From an uncultured Pseudomonadota bacterium (GTDB lineage Bacteria; Pseudomonadota; Alphaproteobacteria; Rs-D84): a stretch of DNA of 60,973 nucleotides. How positions within the stretch are numbered: the stretch's first letter is position 1; each line of letters opens with the position of its first letter. This document shows positions 19,688 to 28,858 of this stretch, in pieces. Made by a program: the position numbers and the translations under genes. Where the stretch lies: NCBI GenBank assembly GCA_902790415.1, contig CADARU010000002.1:1-60973 (forward strand), given 5' to 3'. The notes under the pieces were generated by a model, which did not search any database, was not told the DNA's origin, and saw nothing but the letters and a program-made list of their open reading frames with translations.

Positions 19688-20682
19688 AAAATCCACCAAT
19701 AGATATTGTTTACCTGTGGGTTGATGATAACGACAAGAAATGGCGCGCCGAAAAAGAAAAATGGTTAAAGAAACAAGACACAACTGTTCTTGGACGAGAT
19801 TCTGTTTCAAACGAACGTTTTCGTGATAATGGCGAACTTTTGTATTCTTTGCGCAGTGTTGCCGAATGTGCCCCATGGGTACACCACATTTATATTATCA
19901 CCGGTTTCGGTCAAATACCCAAGTGGCTAAACACCAAGTATCCAAAAATAACAATAGTTCCACACGAAGAAATCATACCAAACGATGCACTGCCCACATT
20001 TACTGCGAACTCTATTGAAATGTGTATAAAAAATATCAAGGATCTATCAGAACACTTTATACTGCTGAATGATGATATGTTTTTTAACAAAAAACTGACA
20101 CCATCGTATTTCTTTGATTCCAAAGGACGCGCCAAATACCGTTACAGTTCCGCACAAAAAATATCCCCAGATAACTTAAAAAATTGCACTGCCTACACTC
20201 AAACAATATTTTTAGCCCAGAAAACAATTCTAAAATTATTCAACCAAAATGTTTTCAAATATTTCCCAAGTCATGGCATTGACCCATACATAAAATCATC
20301 CATCCAAGAATGTATGAAAGAACCGGCCTTGCGCGATAAATTTGAATCACAAATTCGCAATAAATTCAGAACATGCGATGAATTTCAACGCGTGATATTT
20401 AATTTTTATGATTTGGTAAAAGGTCGCGCAAAATTTATACACGCGCGTGCACGCAAATACACACGACACAAAGTATTAAACTTTATCTATAACTCTTTAC
20501 ATTGGTGGCAAATAAGGAAATCAAATATAGTTGCGCCAAATGTAGTTGCGGCGCGTTATGCGATTATTAACGCACCGACATTTTGTATAAATGACGCGCC
20601 AACTAACACCCCTGAAATATTAAAACAAAATCGTGAATTTCTGGAATCGCGTTTCCCGAATAAATCAGATTTTGAAAAATAA
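19684..20682 (+). CDS. Stealth-family protein (putative sugar-1-phosphate transferase for a phosphodiester-linked polysaccharide)
   Basis: Start moved to MKNPPIDIVYLWVDDND (Stealth CR1-like). RFRDNGELLYSLRSV...WVHHIYIIT is CR2-like; LLNDDMFF follows. ATGA overlap with the upstream GT2. Confidence 0.7.
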   Translation: MKNPPIDIVYLWVDDNDKKWRAEKEKWLKKQDTTVLGRDSVSNERFRDNGELLYSLRSVAECAPWVHHIYIITGFGQIPKWLNTKYPKITIVPHEEIIPNDALPTFTANSIEMCIKNIKDLSEHFILLNDDMFFNKKLTPSYFFDSKGRAKYRYSSAQKISPDNLKNCTAYTQTIFLAQKTILKLFNQNVFKYFPSHGIDPYIKSSIQECMKEPALRDKFESQIRNKFRTCDEFQRVIFNFYDLVKGRAKFIHARARKYTRHKVLNFIYNSLHWWQIRKSNIVAPNVVAARYAIINAPTFCINDAPTNTPEILKQNREFLESRFPNKSDFEK

Positions 20683-20684
20683 AA

Positions 20685-20710
20685 AAATGCGGTAATAATT
20701 ACCGCATTTT
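20685..20710. terminator. Bidirectional intrinsic terminator between convergent glycosyltransferase genes
   Basis: AAATGCGGTAAT-A-ATTACCGCATTTT. Confidence 0.75.
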
Positions 20711-21727
20711 CTATTTTGATATAAATTCATATATCTGGTTTCGCACATCATACCAATCATTTGGAACATTATCAAACACGCCCGCATCACGCAAATCTAT
20801 TAACATTTTACGCGCCCCAGACAACTCTTCTTCTGTTTTCAAATAACGAATCTTGCGGAAAGCCCAGTAAATAAAATACCACAAAAATTGCTCTGACCAC
20901 CTCTTCATCTGATAATCTGTGGCATTTGTTTTATATCGTTCATACGCGTCTTTGATTCCAAAACACAAAGATTGCATTATTCGCAGTTGTTTGGCCGATA
21001 AAACAATGCCACCAAAATTTGGGATATAATAATACAATGGCAAATTAATAATAGTTACCCGCGGATTCTTTAACATAACCGCCGACCACCAAGGAAAATC
21101 TTCAAACAATATCCCCTTGATAAATGGGGTATCTGCGATTAAATCACGCCGATACAGGTTTTTCCAAACCTGGCAATGTTTAACCAACCAACGGCGTTTT
21201 TTATTCGTTGCATTATGCGCGCGTTCGGTTGCATATTCAAAAATATCATCTGTTACCAGTGAATCTATTTTATTCAAATCATATTTTTTATGTATTCCCC
21301 ATGGAATAACATCATCTGTATTTAATCCTAATTTATACCGAACCATTAAACGCGGACGGTATATTCTGTCATATGTAAAAGACACCATATCGGTTTTATC
21401 GCGCTCGGCAAAATAATGGGCAATTTCCATTGTTTGCGGATGAATAAAATCATCACTATCCAGATACATTATATATTTCCCGGTGGCATGCTTAAAACCC
21501 TCGTTACGCGCATCCGACAGACCGCCATTTTCCTTATGCACAACAATAAAACGTTTGTCTTTTTTGGCATATTCTTCGGCAATTTCACCAGATTTATCCG
21601 GACTGCCGTCATCGACACAAATCGCCTGCCAATCTGTAAAGGTTTGGTTTTTAACACTGTCCAAACACCGCCTCAGGTATTTTTCAACATTATACATAGG
21701 GATAATTATAGATATTTTTGGTTTCAT
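20711..21727 (-). CDS. Family 2 glycosyltransferase
   Basis: KISIIIPMYNVEKYLRRCLDSVKNQTFTDWQAICVDDGSPDKS...GGLSDARNEG...LDSDD. Confidence 0.8.
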   Translation of the reverse strand: MKPKISIIIPMYNVEKYLRRCLDSVKNQTFTDWQAICVDDGSPDKSGEIAEEYAKKDKRFIVVHKENGGLSDARNEGFKHATGKYIMYLDSDDFIHPQTMEIAHYFAERDKTDMVSFTYDRIYRPRLMVRYKLGLNTDDVIPWGIHKKYDLNKIDSLVTDDIFEYATERAHNATNKKRRWLVKHCQVWKNLYRRDLIADTPFIKGILFEDFPWWSAVMLKNPRVTIINLPLYYYIPNFGGIVLSAKQLRIMQSLCFGIKDAYERYKTNATDYQMKRWSEQFLWYFIYWAFRKIRYLKTEEELSGARKMLIDLRDAGVFDNVPNDWYDVRNQIYEFISK

Positions 21728-21742
21728 ATCTGGCCCCTTTTT

Positions 21743-22630
21743 TTACATTTTTGAAACCGCTTCCGCAAACGTTCCGGGTAATGGCGCATCCGCATATGCG
21801 CACTTTTGAAAGAACGCATCCGCAGTTAATTTTTTAAATAACTTTTCATCATACGGTTCGTGTTTATAGTTATGCCACAATGCATGGGTTGGATCCTGGT
21901 CAACGTGGGGCATTTTAGCAAAATATTTTTTTGCACGCACATCATTTTCAACCAATGTTTTGAATAACAGTTGATGCATAAAATAATCAAAACAATGATT
22001 TTCATGCATCCAATAATCCAAAATCATTGCACGCCATGCCGCCAGTAAATACGCACCTTTGCGTGCACGAATAAAGCAATTTTGCATATATGAATATTTC
22101 TGACCGACATTACCAACCATATAAACAAAGAAATCCAAATCGATTATCCAATCTGGAATCGGTGCCGTTACAAAGGCGGTCGAATCTAACCATATTCCAC
22201 CATGTTCATATAATAATTCCACACGAACAATATCCGCAAAATGTGCGCGTCTAATTTTTCCATCGCGATATTTTTCAATTATTTCACGTGGCAAATTAAC
22301 ATATTGTTCAAAATTATTATCATCCAATACAACCAATTCTTGTTTACAATGACGACGAATACTGCGGAAACACGCTTGAACCAAGGCGGGCGCTTTCTCT
22401 TCCCCTTGTTGCCACATAGTGAATATTTTTTCGTTTTTATCATCATTAACGACACGTGTTTCTTTGACCCGCGCCGCCGCCGGTAAATATCGTTTAAAAT
22501 AACGTACCGCAACATCTGAAAACACATCACAACGCACGGCACTGCGCAACGCACGTGGTCGCCATAACCAATTTAAAATATGCGCCCGCACAACAATCTG
22601 TGTTAGTGCCCATGCGCGTGATATATTCAT
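21743..22630 (-). CDS. Capsular-polysaccharide-synthesis-type glycosyltransferase (Caps_synth / DXD sugar-binding family)
   Basis: IFTMWQQGEEKAP.LVQ.C..SIRRH......VLDDNN...Y..LP..I......G.I..AHFADIVR..LL..HGGIWLDST pattern. Confidence 0.6.
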   Translation of the reverse strand: MNISRAWALTQIVVRAHILNWLWRPRALRSAVRCDVFSDVAVRYFKRYLPAAARVKETRVVNDDKNEKIFTMWQQGEEKAPALVQACFRSIRRHCKQELVVLDDNNFEQYVNLPREIIEKYRDGKIRRAHFADIVRVELLYEHGGIWLDSTAFVTAPIPDWIIDLDFFVYMVGNVGQKYSYMQNCFIRARKGAYLLAAWRAMILDYWMHENHCFDYFMHQLLFKTLVENDVRAKKYFAKMPHVDQDPTHALWHNYKHEPYDEKLFKKLTADAFFQKCAYADAPLPGTFAEAVSKM

Positions 22631-22645
22631 TTTTACCCCCTTGGA

Positions 22646-23722
22646 TTATTCTTCATCCAATGCCGGTTCCGCATCTGTATCATCATCAACAGGGCCGGTT
22701 GTCATTTCTTCGGCGATACCGCTTGCCCGCGCCATAATTTTATCCAACAATTCTTGTTGCGCTTCTGGATGGTCTTTCAACCATTGCCGTGCATTTGCCT
22801 CGCCCTGGCCTATGCGTTCATTGTTGTATGAATAAAAACTGCCCGCTTTGTCAATAAATTCATACTTTACGCCCATGTCCAAGATTTCACTTATACGGGA
22901 AATACCTTCACCATACATAATTTTAAAATCAACAGTACGGAACGGTGGTGCAACCTTGTTTTTAACAACCTTGACACGTGTTTCGTTTCCAATGATATTT
23001 TCTTTATCTTTGATTTGCCCCGTACGACGAATATCAAGACGAACAGACGCATAGAACTTTAATGCATTACCGCCAGATGTCGTTTCCGGATTTCCAAACA
23101 TAACACCAATTTTCATACGGATTTGATTTATAAAAATCAACAAAGTGTTGCTGCGCGATACACTGCCCGCCAATTTTTTCAAAGACTGACTCATTAAACG
23201 GGCGGTTGTTCCGACAAAACTGTCGCCAATATTACCTTCTAATTCGGCCTTGGGCACCAATGCCGCGACCGAGTCAATAACAACAACATCAACCGCGCCA
23301 GATTTTATCAAAGTATCGGCAATTTCTAATGCCTGTTCCCCGGAATCGGGTTGTGATATAATCAATTCTGAAACATTACATCCCAATTTTTTTGCATAAC
23401 TTGGGTCCAATGCATTTTCTGCATCGATATAGGCACACGTACCGCCCTTCTTTTGTGCTTCGGCCACCGCATGCAGTGCCAACGTTGTTTTACCAGAACT
23501 TTCTGGCCCATATATTTCAACGATACGTCCACGTGGATAACCACCAATCCCCAATGCAATATCCAACCCCAAAGAACCCGATGAAATCGCTTCTATGTTT
23601 TGTTGCGAACCATCACCCATTTTCATGATGGCTTCTTTACCAAATTGTTTTTGAATTTGTGCCAACGCAGATTCCAATGCCGGATTTTTTGCCCCTGTGC
23701 TGGCCACTTCCTTTTTTGCCAT
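22646..23722 (-). CDS. recA: Recombinase RecA
   Basis: 358 aa. [20 protein letters not shown] (Walker A); canonical RecA sequence throughout. Confidence 0.97.
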   Translation of the reverse strand: MAKKEVASTGAKNPALESALAQIQKQFGKEAIMKMGDGSQQNIEAISSGSLGLDIALGIGGYPRGRIVEIYGPESSGKTTLALHAVAEAQKKGGTCAYIDAENALDPSYAKKLGCNVSELIISQPDSGEQALEIADTLIKSGAVDVVVIDSVAALVPKAELEGNIGDSFVGTTARLMSQSLKKLAGSVSRSNTLLIFINQIRMKIGVMFGNPETTSGGNALKFYASVRLDIRRTGQIKDKENIIGNETRVKVVKNKVAPPFRTVDFKIMYGEGISRISEILDMGVKYEFIDKAGSFYSYNNERIGQGEANARQWLKDHPEAQQELLDKIMARASGIAEEMTTGPVDDDTDAEPALDEE

Positions 23723-23747
23723 ATTTTACCCCTTTCTTAACAAGGAA

Positions 23748-23776
23748 ATCATACACAGAAAAAGCCATCTATGCAA
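23748..23776 (-). promoter_or_regulatory. Candidate sigma70-type promoter of recA
   Basis: On the minus strand: TTGCAT (23776-23771), 17 nt, TATGAT (23753-23748). It lies about 25 nt upstream of the recA ATG region. Confidence 0.4.
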
Positions 23777-24961
23777 TTATTTTTTAGCCATTAAAACCAA
23801 TATAGAAATAATACCAATTATTGCCGTAACGGTCCAAACTGCGGCGGTTGCACCAAAAAACGCAATACATGCCGCACCCATTACCGGGGCAATTACATTG
23901 GGCAAATTACAACTGGTTCGAAAGACACCATAAAATTTCGCCTGCTGAGCATTTTTAGTGTTATCAAAAAACAACAAATCGTGCACCGGTTCCATCAACG
24001 CACCCGATACCTGCCAGGCAACAAATATGGCCAGCAACGGTATCCCTGTGGCAAATGTCGCCCATGCAGAAAACAATGCAAACGACCCAAAGCCCAATAT
24101 CAACCATATTCTTTTTCCAAACCTGCGAACCAAACGCCCCATAACCTCGGACAGCAATAAATAAGGTATAATCCCCAACGACAAAACCAACCCCAATGTA
24201 TCTTTGGAAAATCCATTTTCAATAACAACAATCGGAACGTATAAATATCGCATTGCGCGTAATGAATAAAAGCCAAAATTCACAATATACGCCCGCAGCA
24301 TCCCCGGGGTTTTAAAAAACGCAACCGCGTTACGCAACAACGAACGCACCGTACGACGTGGATTGACCGGTTTTATCTGTTTATCTTCTTGGCGCAATCC
24401 CATATATTTAAAGTATATCCATGCCAACAAATAAATTAACGCCGCCAAGAAAAAAGCCGACCTGTTATCAAACCTGGTTGCGACCGCAACCGCAATCATC
24501 GGCGCAAAGAACGCACCAACATTGACCCACAAATGATATCGCGAATTTAATTTTGCCATACCAACATCATGTGAAAAATCAGACATAAACAGCGGTATCA
24601 ACATCGCCGTTAATGTAATTGCAAAACCACTGGTAAAATCCAAAACAATAAACGTACGTGGCAATACAGAAAATCCCATCATTGCATAGCATGCAATTAA
24701 CATAATCAACGCAAAATAAAAAACACGAACCTTGGAAAATTGTCTAAAAATTTCATTTGCAAACAGTGCCGCAATCATGCAAAAAATCGAATAAATCGCG
24801 ACATAAATACCAACAATCGCAGAATTCTTAAAAATTTCCAAGATAACCAACGCATACACTGCATTATAAATACCATCGGCAAACCCGGTAAACATCCCCA
24901 GATTTGCAAACGAATAACCACTGACACTGCGGCGTGCGCCAATATATTTATCTTTTGCCAT
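23777..24961 (-). CDS. MFS transporter
   Basis: 394 aa, about 12 TM segments, 6+6 organisation. Substrate not inferable. Confidence 0.7.
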   Translation of the reverse strand: MAKDKYIGARRSVSGYSFANLGMFTGFADGIYNAVYALVILEIFKNSAIVGIYVAIYSIFCMIAALFANEIFRQFSKVRVFYFALIMLIACYAMMGFSVLPRTFIVLDFTSGFAITLTAMLIPLFMSDFSHDVGMAKLNSRYHLWVNVGAFFAPMIAVAVATRFDNRSAFFLAALIYLLAWIYFKYMGLRQEDKQIKPVNPRRTVRSLLRNAVAFFKTPGMLRAYIVNFGFYSLRAMRYLYVPIVVIENGFSKDTLGLVLSLGIIPYLLLSEVMGRLVRRFGKRIWLILGFGSFALFSAWATFATGIPLLAIFVAWQVSGALMEPVHDLLFFDNTKNAQQAKFYGVFRTSCNLPNVIAPVMGAACIAFFGATAAVWTVTAIIGIISILVLMAKK

Positions 24962-25025
24962 TGATATTCTCTCTCCCCTGCATTCTTGTAATTATATCAC
25001 AAAAAACGCAAAACACCAAAGGCAT

Positions 25026-25050
25026 AAAAAAACGCACCGTTTGGTGCGCT
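25026..25050 (-). terminator. Intrinsic terminator after secB
   Basis: Minus strand reads GCGCACC-AAAC-GGTGCG followed by TTTTTTT. Confidence 0.75.
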
Positions 25051-25054
25051 TGAA

Positions 25055-25492
25055 TTATTTTGCTTCTGCCTTTTGCTGACGTTGTTCATACAAAGATGCA
25101 AAATCAACCTGCTGCATGGCGAACGGTGGGAAACCGGATTCTGCCGTCAAACGCGTAACCAGTGCACGTACCGCCGGGAACAGCATATGTGGAACATCAA
25201 TTAACAAAGTGCGCTTTTTAACTTCTTCATCTTTTTCTTCTTCCATTTGAACCAAACCAGAATATGTAGATTCAATCAAAAAGATGGATTTTCCAGATTC
25301 TTTTAATTTAGAATGAACTTTTGTAATCAAATCAACCATATATAAATTATTTTCTGCGCCTTTTACTTGTAAATCGATATTTATTTCTAATTCCGCCTGG
25401 CCATTATCTTGTTTAAAGAATAATTCCGGGACATTTGGGCTCTCGAACGAGATATCTTTCAAGAATTGAGAAATAATATTAAACTTTGCCAT
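25055..25492 (-). CDS. secB: Protein-export chaperone SecB
   Basis: Start moved to MAKFNIISQFLKDISFESPN (RBS AAGGAG). Typical SecB sequence. Confidence 0.85.
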   Translation of the reverse strand: MAKFNIISQFLKDISFESPNVPELFFKQDNGQAELEINIDLQVKGAENNLYMVDLITKVHSKLKESGKSIFLIESTYSGLVQMEEEKDEEVKKRTLLIDVPHMLFPAVRALVTRLTAESGFPPFAMQQVDFASLYEQRQQKAEAK

Positions 25493-25573
25493 ACGATTGC
25501 TCCTTTTTTTATGACTCATTTTATGATAATATAACATAGTATAGAAATTTTACAAGTGGGGGGAAAAGAAAAA

Positions 25574-26680
25574 ATGATTCAAAAAAAACAATGTATATTT
25601 ACCAGATTCATAATGGCAATTACATGCGCCATGATTATCGCATCATGCGATTTATCAACACCAACACACACCGGTGACAATTCTGTCGCACCGTCTTCAA
25701 ATCTGCACCGGGTATCATATTCTGAATTACCCGGTTGGAACCAAGACGATGTCCGTTATGCCTTGCAGGCCTTTCGTAATTCATGCAAGGCAAAAATTCA
25801 ATACAAAGGTCGTGTGATTCCTGACCGCGAATTATTCCAAGAAAAATGCAATATGTTACCCAGTGCCAGTGCCGACAACGCCACCGTTCGCGCATGGTTT
25901 GAATCAAATTTCCAACCATACAAAATATATAACGATGACGGTTCAACCAAGGGAACATATACCGGATACTATTCCCCTGTTATTCCGGGATGCAAAACTA
26001 AAACCGCCGAATGTAACGAACCGCTTATGGGAATCCCAACGGACGGTCGCAATTTCAAAGGTGTATCAAAGAAACAAATTGTCGAAAACAAAATTGGACG
26101 TGTACTGTATTGGGCAAACATTGTTGATGTACAAAACATCCAAATTCAAGGCAGCGGCATGCTAAAATTACCCGATGGGAAAATGGTTAAATTGAACTTT
26201 GCCGCCGTCAATGATATGCCGTTTAAATCTATTGGCGAACAACTGCGCAATCGTGGCATAAAACCCGAAGGCGGATATTCTGCGGATGCCGTATGGACAT
26301 ACTTAAAAAAGAACCCAAAATTGGCCAAGGAAGTGATTTACAACAATCCACGTTATGTGTATTTCTATGAATCTGTTCCGCCGGATGTTATTGGCAAGTT
26401 GGGAACCCCACTGTCCAAAATACGCAGTGTTGCAATGGATGATTCCATCTATACGTTGGGATTGCCGGTCTATATTGACACGAACCTGTCAAACGGACAA
26501 AAATTTAGACGACTGATGATTGCCCAAGACACCGGCAGTGCAATCCGCGGTTGGATACGCGCCGATATATTCTTTGGCAAAGGCGATGAAGCATACCAAT
26601 ACGCACATGGTCAACACGCCCAAGGAGAAATGTACATTTTAATGCCGAAAGAATACAACTATGTCAAACCCAGAAAATAA
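25574..26680 (+). CDS. mltA: Membrane-bound lytic murein transglycosylase A (lipoprotein)
   Basis: Lipobox IIASC. ELPGWNQDD...AL.AF..SC, and a 3D-domain end AQDTGSAIRG..RADIFFG.G. Start set at the ATG after the GTG-initiated track ORF. Confidence 0.8.
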   Translation: MIQKKQCIFTRFIMAITCAMIIASCDLSTPTHTGDNSVAPSSNLHRVSYSELPGWNQDDVRYALQAFRNSCKAKIQYKGRVIPDRELFQEKCNMLPSASADNATVRAWFESNFQPYKIYNDDGSTKGTYTGYYSPVIPGCKTKTAECNEPLMGIPTDGRNFKGVSKKQIVENKIGRVLYWANIVDVQNIQIQGSGMLKLPDGKMVKLNFAAVNDMPFKSIGEQLRNRGIKPEGGYSADAVWTYLKKNPKLAKEVIYNNPRYVYFYESVPPDVIGKLGTPLSKIRSVAMDDSIYTLGLPVYIDTNLSNGQKFRRLMIAQDTGSAIRGWIRADIFFGKGDEAYQYAHGQHAQGEMYILMPKEYNYVKPRK

Positions 26681-26990
26681 ATTTTCTATGCGCGCCAAAC
26701 GCCCCCAAACAATCGCGGGCGCGTTGGGCGGGCTGTTAAAAATCTTTGGCGCGCGCGCATCTGATTCTGATTTGGTTGCACGTTGGGGTGAAATTATGCC
26801 ACGCGATATTGCGGATGTGGCACAAATATGTGCAATAAAAAAAACACCAAACAAAAAATACAACATCGTTCTGCGCCCAACAAATCCGGCATTGGCATTA
26901 GAATTATCTTATAAGAAAGATGAAATAAAAAAGCAAATTGATAAATACTTTGGATATGATGCCGTTGAAAAAATCAGTTTCAGGAGATAA
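26661..26990 (+). CDS. DUF721-family protein (DciA-type candidate)
   Basis: 109 aa. The pattern ...LV.RWGEIMPRDIA...........L.LR..NPALALELSY....I...I...FGY..V..I.F resembles DUF721. Start is uncertain (26661 or 26688). Confidence 0.45.
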   Translation: MSNPENKFSMRAKRPQTIAGALGGLLKIFGARASDSDLVARWGEIMPRDIADVAQICAIKKTPNKKYNIVLRPTNPALALELSYKKDEIKKQIDKYFGYDAVEKISFRR

Positions 26991-26994
26991 AAAT

Positions 26995-27471
26995 ATGCGT
27001 GTTTTGGGCATTGACCCCGGTTTATTACACACAGGTTGGGCAATCATAGATAGTCGTGGCAACGAACGACACTATGTTGCCAGTGGTGTTATTTTACCCA
27101 AAAAGGCCGTACCCCTGGCCGAACGTTTGGCAACCATTTTCAATGGCATTTCAAGTTTGTGTGATTTATATAAACCCGATGTTTGCAGTATTGAAATAAT
27201 TTTTGTTAACGAAAACCCTAAAACGACATTGTTACTGGGGCACGCGCGTGCGGCGGCAATGGTTGGGGTATCCACGCACAATATTGAAATATTTGAATAC
27301 GAACCAAACACAATTAAAAAAGCCCTGACCGGTGGTGGTCATGCACAAAAAAGTGCAATAGATAAAATGGTGCGCATTTTGTTACCGGCCGCCGACCCCA
27401 AGACCCCGGACGAAGGTGATGCGTTGGCCATCGCCCTGACCCATACAAACATGTCAAAATTTATAAAATAA
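26995..27471 (+). CDS. ruvC: Holliday junction resolvase RuvC
   Basis: Start moved to MRVLGIDPGLLHTGWAII (RBS AGGAG). C-terminal DEGDALAIAL. Confidence 0.9.
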   Translation: MRVLGIDPGLLHTGWAIIDSRGNERHYVASGVILPKKAVPLAERLATIFNGISSLCDLYKPDVCSIEIIFVNENPKTTLLLGHARAAAMVGVSTHNIEIFEYEPNTIKKALTGGGHAQKSAIDKMVRILLPAADPKTPDEGDALAIALTHTNMSKFIK

Positions 27472-27497
27472 AAAACCGGCTATATGCCGGTTTTATT
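27472..27497. terminator. Bidirectional intrinsic terminator between ruvC and yebC
   Basis: AAAAACCGGC-TATAT-GCCGGTTTTATT. Confidence 0.75.
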
Positions 27498-27510
27498 AAT
27501 CTCTAACATT

Positions 27511-28227
27511 TTATGCAGCGGCGGTGAATACCTTTTGCACATCGTCATTGGCATCCAATGCATCGACCAATTTTTCGACCTTGGCCCACGCTTCTTCGTC
27601 CAAATCCATCGGCATATTTGGAATCCACGTCAATTCTGCATTTTCTGGTTCGCCCAAAACATCATTTAATTTCTTTTGAACCGTCATAAAATCATCGGGT
27701 TTTGTTGTGATAACGAAACCTTCTTCGGTTACTTCTAAATTATCTGCTTCGGCATCCATAACGATTTCCATCATTTCATCTTCGGTTTTACCAATAGATG
27801 ATGGATAGAAAATTTGACCTGCGCGTGTGAACATAAATACAACACTGCCCTCTTCGCCCATATTGCCACCATTTTTGGCAAAGATATTACGAACTTCGGG
27901 TACTGTACGACGTGGGTTATCGGTCAACGCTTCCACTATAACAGGTACCGCGCCGGGGCCATAGCCTTCATAACGAACGGCAACATAACTTTCGGTGTTT
28001 GCACCCGATGCCTTGTCAATTGCACGTTTAATATTATCGTTTGGCATAGAATTCTTGCGTGCCTGTAAAATCGCCAAACGCAAACGCGGGTTATTGTCCG
28101 GGTTTTTATCGCCCAACTTTGCCGCCATTGTGATTTCACGCGCCAGTTTTGTAAACAAACCACTGCGCGCCGCATCCGCCAAGCCCTTCTTGTGCTGGAT
28201 GTTGTGCCATTTGCTGTGTCCACTCAT
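27511..28227 (-). CDS. yebC: YebC/PmpR-family transcriptional regulator
   Basis: Start moved to MSGHSKWHNIQHKKG..DA.R, the canonical YebC N-terminus. Confidence 0.9.
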   Translation of the reverse strand: MSGHSKWHNIQHKKGLADAARSGLFTKLAREITMAAKLGDKNPDNNPRLRLAILQARKNSMPNDNIKRAIDKASGANTESYVAVRYEGYGPGAVPVIVEALTDNPRRTVPEVRNIFAKNGGNMGEEGSVVFMFTRAGQIFYPSSIGKTEDEMMEIVMDAEADNLEVTEEGFVITTKPDDFMTVQKKLNDVLGEPENAELTWIPNMPMDLDEEAWAKVEKLVDALDANDDVQKVFTAAA

Positions 28228-28278
28228 AATTTGACCTTTTGATTTATTTGGATTAAAATTACCACAAAAGGATAGCAA

Positions 28279-28857
28279 ATGATTGGAAAATTGCAAGGTT
28301 TTGTTGATTATATTGGTGATGGATTTATAATTTTAATGACCGGGGGGGTTGGATACAAGGTCTATACGCCGGAAATTCTGACCTCGGGGGCAAATGTTAC
28401 ACTTTGGATTGAAACGGTTGTCCGCGAAGATTCTATTCGTTTATTCGGTTTTTCAACCCAATCGGGACAAAATTTATTCAATATGTTAACAACTGTATCT
28501 GGCGTTGGACCCAAGGTTGCCATGGCAATAATGGGCACAATCAAAACAGATACACTTATGACCGCCATCGCAACCGGCGATGCAAAAACCATTGCAACCG
28601 CACCCGGTGTCGGCAAAAAGGTTGCCGAAAAAATCATTGTCGAATTAAAGAACAAAATGGGTGGCACATCATTTGAATTTGATATGGGTAATGCATCCGG
28701 TGGCGCATTGCCGGATTTACTGGCGGCATTGGAAAGTTTGGGTTATCGCCGTATGGACATTGTTGACATGGCACAAAAACTGGTTTCACAGAACCCAGGT
28801 GCCGATGTTGCGAAACTGGTCCCAATGGCATTAAAAGAAATAAGCGGGGCCAAATAA
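28279..28857 (+). CDS. ruvA: Holliday junction branch-migration protein RuvA
   Basis: MIGKLQGFVD..G......GGVGY.V, HhH motifs (VSGVGPKVA, APGVGKKVAEKI). Confidence 0.85.
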   Translation: MIGKLQGFVDYIGDGFIILMTGGVGYKVYTPEILTSGANVTLWIETVVREDSIRLFGFSTQSGQNLFNMLTTVSGVGPKVAMAIMGTIKTDTLMTAIATGDAKTIATAPGVGKKVAEKIIVELKNKMGGTSFEFDMGNASGGALPDLLAALESLGYRRMDIVDMAQKLVSQNPGADVAKLVPMALKEISGAK

Positions 28858-28858
28858 G

